64,000 bases of DNA, from NCBI RefSeq assembly GCF_006345805.1, contig NC_042998.1:92876001-92940000 (forward strand). Direction: 5' to 3'. Below are positions 52,819 to 64,000 of this stretch, one piece after another. Below the pieces are notes generated by a model. It saw only the letters and a list, made by a program, of their open reading frames with translations, had not been told where the DNA came from and did not search any database. The stretch's first letter is position 1, and every line of letters starts with the position of its first letter. The stretch is from Octopus sinensis. Lineage: Eukaryota. The translations under genes and the position numbers were made by a program.

Positions 52819-54375
52819 ACTAGCAGAGACACCCAGCATTGCCTGTGTTACAGGCAATTGAAGAATTAGACTTTCCTGTTATATTTTCCATAATGAACTG
52901 GAATACCTATGATTCGATTTTCATCAAAATTGCGGATGAGAGTTCTTTCTCTCTTTACACACCCTAAAAAATTCTAATCATGACACATGTATCCCATACT
53001 ACTGATCTTTATGTGCAGATTCCAAAATTCCAGTCTTATGGAACCTGTTAAAAGGATTTTGCTCCTGAAAAATGAAGGTCATGGAGCTTTAAATGTGGGA
53101 GTTAAGGCCCCTACTGGGGGTGGGTGTCTTAATGTCAACCAGAGAAGTTGAATTGTTGAGAATCTTTTTAACTTGGGTCTTATATGTATTGTTCGAATTT
53201 CTTTGAAATAGGAAATATATGTATGTGTACTGGGTTTGTAAATGAGAGAAAAGCTACAGGAAACCAAAAGATGAATGATCACAATGAGCAGTCAGCCACC
53301 CTACCCTAGTCGTTACTACTCCCCAGTGTAGGATTCCTCATCATACAGGTGACAGGCACAGTCGTAAGATGCATTACGGATCTATAGCAATTGGAAGGGT
53401 GTGACACAACTCAAACATTAACAACTGTGTGATGTAAGGGCTAAGGGGAAATGAAAATGTCACCTCTGGAGTTTGCAAATGACCACTATACCGATAAGTA
53501 ACTGGAGAGAATAAATTTACAATCTATAAATGTCTTTCAATAACCAGTCACTCATCTGGGAAGGCCTTGAAATCAATGTTACTATCGGGGTACTATGTGT
53601 GATGCAGTGATAATAAAAAGACTGAAAGGAGATCTGCAACCTAATAACTTTACTGAACACTTTGCAAATGAATCAGTGAAGGCAAAGATGCCTCTCATTT
53701 ACTTGACAATTTATGAACCACATTGCAGAAAACACAATCTAAGTATATCTCAAAGCAAACTCTTACACTGTTGTACCATTGAATTACAAATAACGCATCT
53801 TTTATGCTTGGGTGACCCTACAGCTTCCAAGAGTACAAGTGCATTCGTCTTTGCTTAGATAAAATGACTAGATTGTGGGTGTTAAATCTTCATGAAGGGG
53901 TCTTTCAAACATATTACTTCATTTGTGTCTAATATCTATGGTTAAAATTCCATCAACAGCAAAAATATATGAATTGTCATAGGGGTTATGGCCCTTAGGC
54001 ATAGAATATAATTTCATAAAGATCCATTCAGTACTTTTGATCTAGTTTTAGATCATAAAAAGTGACTAAAATTTAGGAGTTAAGACCCTCATTAAGGGGT
54101 CTTATAATCCTCATGAGAAGTGAAAACTTTGAGAATACTTCTTGATGTGTGTCAATTACCCATGGTTGAAATTTCATCAACATCGAAAATGTATGAATTT
54201 TCATTGGGGTTCTGCTCCCTTTAACCATCTCAAATTCAAACCAAACATACTGCATTATACCTGCCCTTATGCATTGAATCTAAATTCCAAATTTCATTAG
54301 GATCAGTGCTGTAGTTTTCGAATGTTTAAGTAACACACAAACACACAAAAAGACATTGACTTTTATATAATAGAT
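52819..54375 (+). mobile_element. Helitron/Helentron-derived element with decayed Pif1-helicase C-terminus
   Basis: 5' actagcagagacacccagcattgcc; 3' aaatttcattaggatcag...acacacaaacac...ttttatataatagat. ORF 53595-53858 (CDAVIIKRL...NESVKAKMPLI...SISQS...SAFVFA) weakly resembles CNGTRLxIKKL...GExVLIPRIPLI...TINKSQG...LFV. Confidence 0.5.
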
Positions 54376-56389
54376 ATGAATATGCACATATACATACGTG
54401 TATGTGTGTGTGTGTGTATCATTCACACACACACACACAAAGATAGATTGATTGATAGAGTGGGCAAACAAAAATATGAAACACTGCGTAGTGCTTTTTT
54501 TCATTTTGATAAACCTGGTACTCATTCTATCAGTTTCTTCTTGTCAAACCAGGAAGTTATGGGGATGTAAATAAACAAACAGCTGTTGTGAAGCAGTGAT
54601 GAAGGAGAAACATAAAGACAAAGACGCACACATACACTTACTTATATACACACCTTGTTCTTGTATGAACCATATATAACTGGATAATTTGGCAGTCTTC
54701 TGTTTATTCCAGTATCTGAAGCTTAAGGTGTGAATTATACCAATGCTAATAATAAATTCCAGTGGATCTCACTCTGGGAAATTTCAAAGCAAGATATAAC
54801 AATTACTATAACTGCTATTCTTTCTTCTTCTTCTTCTCTTCTTCTTCTTCTTCTTCTTCTTCTTCTTCTTCTTCTGCTGCTGCTGCTGCTGCTGCTGCTA
54901 CTGCTACTGCCACTACTACTACTGCTGCTGCTGCTGCTGCTACTACTACTACTACTAATACTACTACTACTACAAACAAAGCATCGGATACACTACTTAC
55001 CCATATCTCATGACTGCAATCACCGAGTCTAACAACATGTCACAGATATACACTAAGAGCATATATCTATCTAATCTACTTTTTTTTCCCTCTCTGTAAA
55101 GAATATAAACAAAAGAATGATTCTAATACAAATATGAAATATTTCTATTGATTTTTATTAAAATAAATATTCAACTATATTAAAAGCATGCTTGAGAATT
55201 TAAATTATATATCGGAAATGAATTTATGAATTACATGCATCAAAACTTAGTGGTTTGTATTCATTGACAATGTTAAAAACTTAGATTCTTTGAATTTAGT
55301 AAATAATCTCTTAACATCCTGTCAATAATTTGTTTATTTTTAAGAAAGTATATAAATAAATAAAATTTCTTAGAATTGGTGAATTTAGAAATGGATTTGG
55401 TCTACAATAAAATTGTTTGGTAATGGAAATATTTTGTATAGAAATATATTTTTCGTCATAACCACGGCTGTGTGGTTAAGAAGTTCACTTCATAACCACA
55501 ATCACATGCTTTTAGGTTCTGTCCCAATGTGTGACACTTTGGCTAAATCTCTTCTACTTCTATATCAGCCTGCTGATGGTGCCTTGTGAGTGAATTTGAT
55601 AGATAGAAACTGCAGGAAGCTGGTCTTCATTCAACTATGGTAGTAGTTGAATAATATTTTTATGGCCGCAATTTACTCACATGCAGAATCTTTCAGAGTA
55701 TGTTGCTAATTCAGTTCTTAACCAAATTGAAAACCATTAACATTTTTGAAGAGGACTGGTCCCTAGCTACATTTTGGTGTAAGGAAATTGAGATTTGGTC
55801 CAGTAGAAAAAGTTTACATCAAAGTTTGTGGCAATATTTTAAGAGAGTAAGTAATGCCACCAATCAAGTTTAGATCTAAATAGCTTTTTTTCTTATTTTA
55901 AATGGAAAATATATTTATGTTAGCTTCAATGATGGAAGAAAGTGAGGAATTTCATAGATTTGCTCTGATGCAACAAAAATTTGTATCACAAAAGTTGTGA
56001 GGTAAAAATCATGAAAAAATATAAATAAGGCAAAAAATTGGATTTAAGTATAATTAACATTTTTTATTTTAGAAACAAACTATATTTCAATTAAGCTTTT
56101 AAAATAGAGCTCAATTCGAGGAATTTCATGGTATCAGTCTCATGCAATGAAGTTTTAAAAGAAAAACATTATGAGCGTTTGTTGATGCAGGTAGTTTTCC
56201 CATCCCCCTTGGCTTTTAGTTCATGCAATTGAAAAAACTGCGTTATTTATGGGATGACCCAATATATAAAAATATAAAAATTATGACCCTGAGCTTCACT
56301 GAAGAAATGAAAAAGACTGCAAGATGTAGTGATTTGCTGTACTTGATAAGATGAGTCAAGCTAAGTAAAATTGCTATCTTCAACACATT

Positions 56390-56680
56390 CAAGCTTGTCC
56401 TTTCAGGTGCTGGTGCCAGACAAAAAGAACTTGGGCTAGTGCTGTGTTAACACACTCGTGCCAGTGCTGTGTAAATGCACCTGTGACAGCAACACATAAA
56501 AAGCACACAGTACACTCTGTTAAGTGGTTGGCATTAGGAAGGGCATCCAGCTGTAGAAATCCATCTCACAACAGACACAGCTGGCCAATCCTATGTCAAA
56601 CTGTCCAACACATGCCAGCATGGAAAGTGGATGTTAAACAATGATAATGATGATGATGGGGATGATAATGATGGTGATGA
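56390..56680 (+). mobile_element. RTE-X-type 3' end
   Basis: gtggttggcattaggaagggcatccagctgtagaaa...gcatggaaagtggatgttaaacaatgat. Confidence 0.8.
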
Positions 56681-56708
56681 TATATATATATATATATATA
56701 TGTATGTA

Positions 56709-57538
56709 CAGGGTATGATGGGTAAATTGTTGCCATGTTGTATTTCTAATTTTGCTCATTGTTTTTGATTTTGATGACTACACAGTATAGTAGGGTCAGT
56801 TGGACACCATCTGTGTCAAAAACACCACCATGACACAATTCACTCTGCCAGAAATTTGGAAACGACATGTTGTACTGCTTGGCATTCGTGCTGGAAGCAT
56901 CAGTATGAACAGTTCAGGATGTTTGGGTGTCAATCTGAGGACATGTACCAAGAATGATAAAAATCAAACATCCAGTCAACATCATAATGTTTGAAGTGAT
57001 CACTAGTTATGGCGTCCCTATACCTCCATTCATCTTCCCATACGTCCTCAGACTGGAGACTTACATCAAGTGCCTGGAGGAGGTAGTGCTGTTCTGGGTC
57101 AAGAGGGTGGCTGCTGAAAGACGCTATGTCTGGCAACAGGACTCTGCACCATGCCCAATCATGTAGGAGAACCCAGTCATGGCTGTCAGACAATTTTTGT
57201 AGCTACATCACACCTAACATCTGGCCACATAACTCACCAGACTGCATTAAATGTGGGGCCCCAGTTAAGTGAGAGACCAAAAAACTTCTTATAATACCTT
57301 CAGATGAACTGAAGGGAAGATTATGGCAGCATTAACCAACTCAAACAAGGAGAGTTGCAGGCGATTCCAAAGTCGTTGGAGGCCATGGTTAAAGCCAATG
57401 GCGATTTTATTAAATAAGTTTACTCTTTAGTATTTCAAGATATTTTTATGTAAATTTGCTAAATATATGTTAAAATGAGATGTAAGTGTTATTTTCATTT
57501 TTGCGAAACTTAGATGACAGTTTATTCACCACACCCTG
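56709..57538 (+). mobile_element. maT non-autonomous element, 830 bp
   Basis: cagggt...caccctg ends with TA flanks; MTQFTLPEIWKRH...KHPVNI...WQQDSAPC. Confidence 0.9.
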
Positions 57539-57721
57539 TATATATACATAAATATGTATACATATGCACGTGTGTGTATACTGAATTGAATTAGAATCAA
57601 TAAACTGATATAATTTATTTATATATTTTTTTCTGATTCAAAATTGATCTTTATTTCTTTTAAAATATCTGTTAAAATGAGATATCAGTGTTAGTTTCAT
57701 TTTTGGATGATTTAGGTGACT

Positions 57722-57781
<60 letters not shown>

Positions 57782-57874
57782 ATATGTATGTATGCATGAG
57801 GGGAACTAAAAAATTATCCACACTTTTGTCATAGCATATCTTTATTATTGTCACATTGCTTTCTATGTAATGCT

Positions 57875-59340
57875 AGGACACTTTGTCCCCAGTTATTTTG
57901 TCGTCAGTTAATTTGTCCTGGATCAATACATCATTGATCAATTTATCCCCAGGTCAATTTGTCACTGGGCAATTCATCCCAAAATACTCTTAAATGTAAT
58001 TTTCGAGGGTAAATTTAAAACAATCTCTTTTGAATTAAAATTGTCGTTGAACAGTTTTAGATATTTTCTTTCCTTTCTTTAACCCGCTCTTTCTCCATCT
58101 TAGGTATCTGTGCTGAACAGTTTACGAACAAAGATTTTCAAGCAAATTGAATTAAATTTATTCAATACGCCTACCCATCCACATGACTACTTGCAAGATC
58201 ATCACTTCAGAGAAAGGAAAAATCAAAGTGGTCGATCAAGAAAATTATATATGCACAAGAGATAAGCAGAATGCAGATGGACTGAAGACATACTGAAGGT
58301 GCAAAAATTGTGTGTGCAAGGCAAGACTTCATACAGATGAAAATTATAAAGAGCTTAAGATTGGGATCCATAATTGCGCTTCAACTGCTGCAGAGGTAAA
58401 TGCAAGGATAATACTTTTGCTCAGTTAATGCTAGTGAAGTTCAGAATTTAAATGACTGAATATGTTGCAGATACCTCCATTTGCACAGCTTAATAGGAAT
58501 ATTAGACGTTGGAGGCATGCTGATTCTCGTATGATGGCGGGATGGAAGATTCAAAACAAATACTAATATTTGCAGGTGATGAAGCATTATAACAGTGAAA
58601 ACAACGCAAGAACTGGGTGGGAGATGGAACATTTGAGTGCTGCTCTAGTATATTTTTTCAGTTATATATACTTCGCATTCAAAATGATCATTTTAGTACC
58701 CCATAATTGTTCGTACTACTTTCTGACAATAGTCAAGACACATATAGTAGACTTTTTGCCAACATAAATGAACTACTGCTGAATGTGGGACCTGATAATA
58801 TAATTATGGATTTCAAAAGAGCAGCCCATAACGGATTTCTGCAATCATTTCCTGGGTCGAATTTGGCTTGCTGCTAGTTTCATTTACAACAAAATGTATA
58901 CAATCATGTTGTGCAAGAAAGACTAAAATGTAGATATGAAGATGACAGTTGTAGTCTAAAAATGCAGTGTTTTGTTACCCTTGCCTTCTCGCTGGTTGAT
59001 GATGTTGTAGATGGATATGAACAACCTGTAGATGATGATGATATTCACAGTCAATTGCATTCTATTTTGAAGACAATTATATAGGACCACCTTGAGGAAG
59101 AGGACAGAGGAAGCGATGCCTTGAACCCTAACCCTAACCCTATATGAAACGTTTGGGATCGATGTATGATGGGGATTGCTCATACTACAAATAGTTTAAA
59201 AGCCTACCACAGCACACTAAAAAACACAGTGAATATTATTCATCCAAATATTTGGAAACTTATTGATGTGATTAAATTTGAGGAAAGGTTTGCCGATACT
59301 AAATTACAGAAGTTTATACATGAAGAACCAAACAGGAGGG
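57875..59340 (+). pseudogene. Mutator-like (MULE) transposase with N-terminal FLYWCH domain, disabled
   Basis: ATG at 58183; KTY*RC...CKARLHT (FLYWCH, TGG>TGA at 58294); WVGDGTF at about 58614-58634; IMDFK; FHLQQ; TTNSLKAYH; HPNIWKLI. Short-repeat terminal block at 57875-57990. Confidence 0.88.
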
Positions 59341-59583
59341 CGGGCATCAGGAAGAGAATTCAGCAGCAAATTCTGCCTCATGTCAATTCCTGTTGAAGCC
59401 ATGCTAGCATAGAAATTGAACATTAAACAATAGGCATCAATGAATGAAGAACAATTTACTAAGAATCAAAAATGTTCCCGAGTAAAAACACTGTACAATG
59501 TTCAATGCTTGTGATATCCTGATATTCTGCAATATTTTTCATTGGAAATACTCTTTAATACATACATATATTTGTCTGTCTGC

Positions 59584-59656
<73 letters not shown>

Positions 59657-59707
59657 AATCTGTCTGTCTGTCTGTTTGTCTATCTGTCTATCTATCTATC
59701 TGTGTAT

Positions 59708-62700
59708 ATATATATGTTGCATGCAAGAAGTAAGGTGGAGAGGAAGTTCTGCTAGGTTCCTCACAGGCAAGGAACACAGGTACAAGATTTTCTGGGCAGG
59801 GAACACTGACGGGATTGGTGACGTGGGTATACTTATCGCTGAGAAATGGGTAGATAAAGTAATCAGAGTATGTGACAGAATACTTAAGATTAGATTAGTG
59901 CTTCATCATAGATTAGCAGCCATTATATCGGCCTATGCTCCTCAGCCGGGGCTACCCGATGGACAGAAAGACGGATTCTATGACACTCTACTGCAGACTA
60001 CCTCGTTGACGAACGACAGAGACCTTCTCTTTGTGGCTGGTGACTTCAATCGTCACATTCGATGACATGCTGGGGGCTTCCATGGTGTACATGGAGGCTA
60101 TGGCTATGGTTCCCGCAACGAGGAGGGAACCAGGCTGCTGGAGTTCTGCGATGCAAATAATCTTATGGTTTGCAACACTAACTTCAGGAAACCTACCAGC
60201 CATCTAGTCACCTACCGATCGGGCCAACATACCAGCCAAATTGACTACATCCTTGCCAGGCAAAGGGAGAGATGGCTGCTTATGAATGCCAAAACCTTCC
60301 CAGGCAAAGAATGTACCCCGCAACATAGACTGGTTGTTAGTGACTTTAGGATTAGGACTAGGAGGACAACCAGAAGACGACCAACATGGAGAAGAAGGAT
60401 CTGGAAGCTTAAAGATCCTGCGAATGGACAGAGATTTAGGGACATGTTACTTGAAGCCTTTGACGAAGTAGAAGGGGATAGAGTATCACATGGGGTAGAA
60501 GGCAACTGGACGTTTCTAAGGGACAATCTGCTGAGAGCCACTGACCAGATCTGTGGCTGGTGCAAAGTCCCCTCTCATCCCAAGGTAACGTGGTAGTGGA
60601 ACAATGTTGTAGACAGGGTTATTAGAGAAAAGAGACAGGCTTGGAAGGACTGGAAGAATGGTGGTAGCAGGGAATTGTATCAGACTGCCAAAAGGGAAGC
60701 TAGCAGACAGGTCTATCTAGCCAGAGGGGAAGCAGATAAGAAAATTATTTGCCAATGTTCTGCGTCGTGAGGACCAAAAACTGTAGGTGTTTCGTGTTGC
60801 AAGACAGTGTGTGAGAGAGAATTGTGATGTGGTAGGAGAGAAGTGTGTTCGCATGGAAGATGGTTCACTTGCGCTAAATGAGGATGCAAAGAGAGAGGTT
60901 TGGAGACGACACTATGAAAGGTTGCTGAATAAAGAAAATGAGTGGGATAAAGAGAGTCTGCCGAATGTTGACCCAACAGAGGGACCAGCTATCCGAGTTG
61001 ACAGTTCCTTGGTAGTTAAGGCAATTAGAAGTATGAAGACAGGGAAAGCCCCAGGCTCATCAGGTATCACTGCAGAGATGCTCAAAATATCTGGTAGTCT
61101 CGGCTATAGCCTAGTCACCCGTATAGTTAATCAGGTGATACACGAAGGACTCATACCCAATGACTGGTGTAGCAGCATAATAGCCCTAGATACAAATAAT
61201 TACAGAGGTATCAAGCTGTTGGATTAGGTAATGAAGGTTACTGAGAGGGTCATAGCCCAACTAATTAGAGAGAGAGTTAGCTTAGATGAGATGCAGTTTG
61301 GGTTTGTGCCAGGGAAAAGTACCACTGATGCTATATTCCTGGTAAGGCAGCTGCAAGAGAAATACCTCACCAAAGATAAGCCCCTGTACCTGGCTTTTGT
61401 TGACATAGAGAAAGCCTTCGACAGGGTCCCCCGATCCCTTATCAGGTGGCCAATGAGGAAACTAGGGATAGATGAATGGTTAGTGAGAGCTGTGCGAGCC
61501 ATGTACAGGGATGCTGCTAGTAAGGTGAGGGTTGGCAACGAGTACAGTGAAGAATTCTGGGTAGAGGTAGGGGTCCACCAAGGCTCAGTCCTCAGCCCCC
61601 TCCTATTTATCATAGTCCTCCAGGCAATAACGGAGAAATTCAAGACAGGATGCCCCTAGGAGCTCCTCTATGCTGATGACCTTGCTCTAATTGCTGAGTC
61701 ACTATCAGAACTGGAGAAGTTTCAGGTGTGGAAGCAAGGATTAGAATCGAAGGGCCTTAGAGTCAATCTAACTAAAACCAAGAGATAAGTAGGAAGGTAG
61801 ACCAATCACAAACGCCTTCAGGTAGATGGCCCTGCTCAATCTGTAGAAAAATTGTAGGTAGAAACTCTATATGATGCACCAAGTGTAAGCTATGGACACA
61901 TAAGAGGTGCAGCAATGTCAAAGGAAGGCTAACTAGGAAGATAGTTTTTGTATGTGGCAGATGCTCAGGAGCAATAAACACTGAAAATGCTCTGAGACCA
62001 ACTTCTGCCACTTTCCAGGGAGAAAAACTTGAAATAGTTGATAGCTTCCATTACCTAGGTGACCAAGTCAGTAGCGGGGGCGGGTGTGCTGAAAGTGTAA
62101 CTGCTAGAGTAAGAATAGCTTGGGCAAAGTTCAGAGAGCTCTTACTTCTGCTGGTGACAAAAGGCCTCTCGCTCAGAGTAAAAGGCAGACTGTATGACGC
62201 GTGTGTGCGAACAGCCATGCTACATGGCAGTGAAACATGGGCCGTGACTGCTGAGGATATGCGTAAGCTCGCAAGAAATGAAGCCAGTATGCTCCGATAG
62301 ATGTGTAATGTCAGTGTTCATACTCGACAGAGTGTAAGTACCTTGAGAGAAAAGCTGGGCCTAAGAAGCATCAGATGTGGTGTGCAAGAGAGACGTTTGC
62401 ACTGGTATGGTCATGTGGCGAGAATGGATGAAGATAGTTGTGTGAAAAAGTGCCACACCCTAGCAGTTGAGGGAACGTGTGGAAGAGGCAGACCCAGGAA
62501 AACCTGGGACAAGGTGGTGAAGCACGACCTTCGAACTTTAGGTCTCACTGAGGAAATGACTAGAGACCGAGACCTCTGGAAGTATGCTGTACGTGAGAAG
62601 ACCCGGCAGGACAAGTGAGATCATAATCCCGTAGCCTTCTACACGAGATGTAGCCAGTCCACTTATGCATACCTTCCCTTCCTGGGACACAAAACTCTAC

Positions 62701-63270
62701 TTGTGAAGACCTGTTGAGGCAAGTCAGAATCAGAATCGAAATCGATCAATGGAAATTGCAGCTGAGGTACCAGTAGTGCTGGTGGAACGCAAGAGAACCA
62801 TCCGAACGTGGCCGTTGCCAGCGCCACCCCGACTGGCCTCGTGCCGGTGGCATGTAAAAAGCACCATCCGTTCGTGGCCATTGCCAGCCTCACCTAGCCC
62901 TTGTGCTGGTGGCACATAAAAAGCACCATCCGATCGTGGCCGTTTGCCAGACTCGTCTGGCACCTGTAACGCCGCCCCGACTGGCACGTAGAAAGCACCA
63001 TCCATTCATGGCTGTGCCGGTGGCACATAAAAAGCACCATCCGATCGAGGCCATTTGCCAGACTCGTCTGGCACCTGTGCCGGTGGCACGTAAAAAGCAC
63101 CCACTACACTCATGGAGTGGTTGGCGTTAGGAAGGGTATCCAGCCGTAGAAACATTGCCAGATCAGACTGGGCCTGGTGCAGCCTTCTGGCTTCCCAGAC
63201 CCCAGTTGAACCATCCAACCCATGCTAGCATGGAAAGCGGATGCTAAACAATGATGATGATGATGATGAT
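59708..63270 (+). mobile_element. RTE-X LINE, 5'-truncated at the start of ORF2 (APE + RT with embedded PHD + 3'UTR), disabled
   Basis: [36 protein letters not shown] (APE); QFGFVPGKSTTDAIF, FVDIEKAFD, GVHQGSVLSPLLF, LLYADD (RT). Stop at 62618, minisatellite 3'UTR, (ATG)n tail. Nonsense codons at 60063, 60594, 61225, 61657, 61872, 62298 plus frameshifts. Confidence 0.95.
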
Positions 63271-63280
63271 ATATATATAT

Positions 63281-63690
63281 TCATCATCATCATCATCATC
63301 GTTTAATGTCTGCTTTCCATGTTGGCATGGGTTGGACTATTTGACTGAGGACTGGTGAACCAGATGGCTGCACCAGGCTCCAATCTGATCTGGCAGAGTT
63401 TCTACAGCTGGATGCCCTTCTTAATGCCAACCACTCCAAGAGTGTAGTTGGTGCTTTTATGTGCCACCGACACGAGGGCCATCAGGTGGTACTGGCAACA
63501 ACCACATTCAAATGGTGTTTTTTACGTGCCATCTGCACAGGAGCCAGTCCAATGGCACTGGCAACAACCTCGCTTGAATATTTTTTTCATGTGCTTGTAA
63601 GGCAACGCTGGTAATGATCACGCTTGAATGGTGCTTTTTACGTGCCACCAACACGGAAGCCAGTCAGCTGCTCTGGCAACCATCACACTC
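63281..63690 (-). mobile_element. RTE-X 3' fragment tail-to-tail with the long copy
   Basis: (CAT)n then reverse-complement terminus; (TA)n on both flanks. Confidence 0.9.
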
Positions 63691-63697
63691 ATATATA

Positions 63698-63741
<44 letters not shown>

Positions 63742-63744
63742 CGT

Positions 63745-63905
63745 GTGTGGTAAGAAGCTTACTTCCCAACCACATGGTTCTGGGTTCAGTCCTGCTGTGT
63801 GGCACCTTGGGCAAGTGTTTTCTACTATAGTTTCGGGCTGACCAAAACCTTGTGAGTGGATTTAGTAGAGAGAAACTGAAAGAAGCTTGTTGTATATGTG
63901 TATAT
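63745..63905 (+). mobile_element. CORE-type SINE head
   Basis: gtgtggtaagaagcttacttcccaaccacatggttctgggttcagtcc...ggcaccttgggcaagtg. Confidence 0.85.
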
Positions 63906-64000
63906 ATATATATAGTAATTCCAAAAAAACGAAGAACAAGCACAAAAAAAAAACAACACGAGGATGTGATACATGTAAAGTATTAGCAGATGCTCAGGGA

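Overview
Eukaryotic, very AT-rich, microsatellite-saturated DNA. The repeat inventory (tRNA/CORE-type SINEs, RTE-X LINE 3' ends with (ATG)n tails, DD37D maT transposons) suggests a coleoid cephalopod such as octopus; this is inference, not a database match. No intact protein-coding gene, RNA gene, CRISPR array or prokaryotic system is supported. The window is a layered transposon graveyard. It holds a 5'-truncated RTE-X LINE (59.7-63.3 kb) plus about 15 shorter copies, an RTE/BovB-like LINE (38.3-41.2 kb), four internally deleted maT elements, a FLYWCH-MULE pseudogene, a Ty3/gypsy gag relic, Helitron/Helentron derivatives, R4/NeSL-type and CR1-type scraps, Penelope-like fragments carrying minimal hammerhead ribozyme cores, MITEs and many SINEs. 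The most interesting observations are: a C4HC3 PHD finger embedded inside the RTE-X reverse transcriptase; repeated use of (TA)n runs as insertion sites; a modular, self-amplifying RTE-X 3'UTR with a conserved 25-nt hairpin motif; hammerhead-bearing Penelope-like pieces; and a few weak candidate host exons. Boundaries were read by eye and may be off by some bases.
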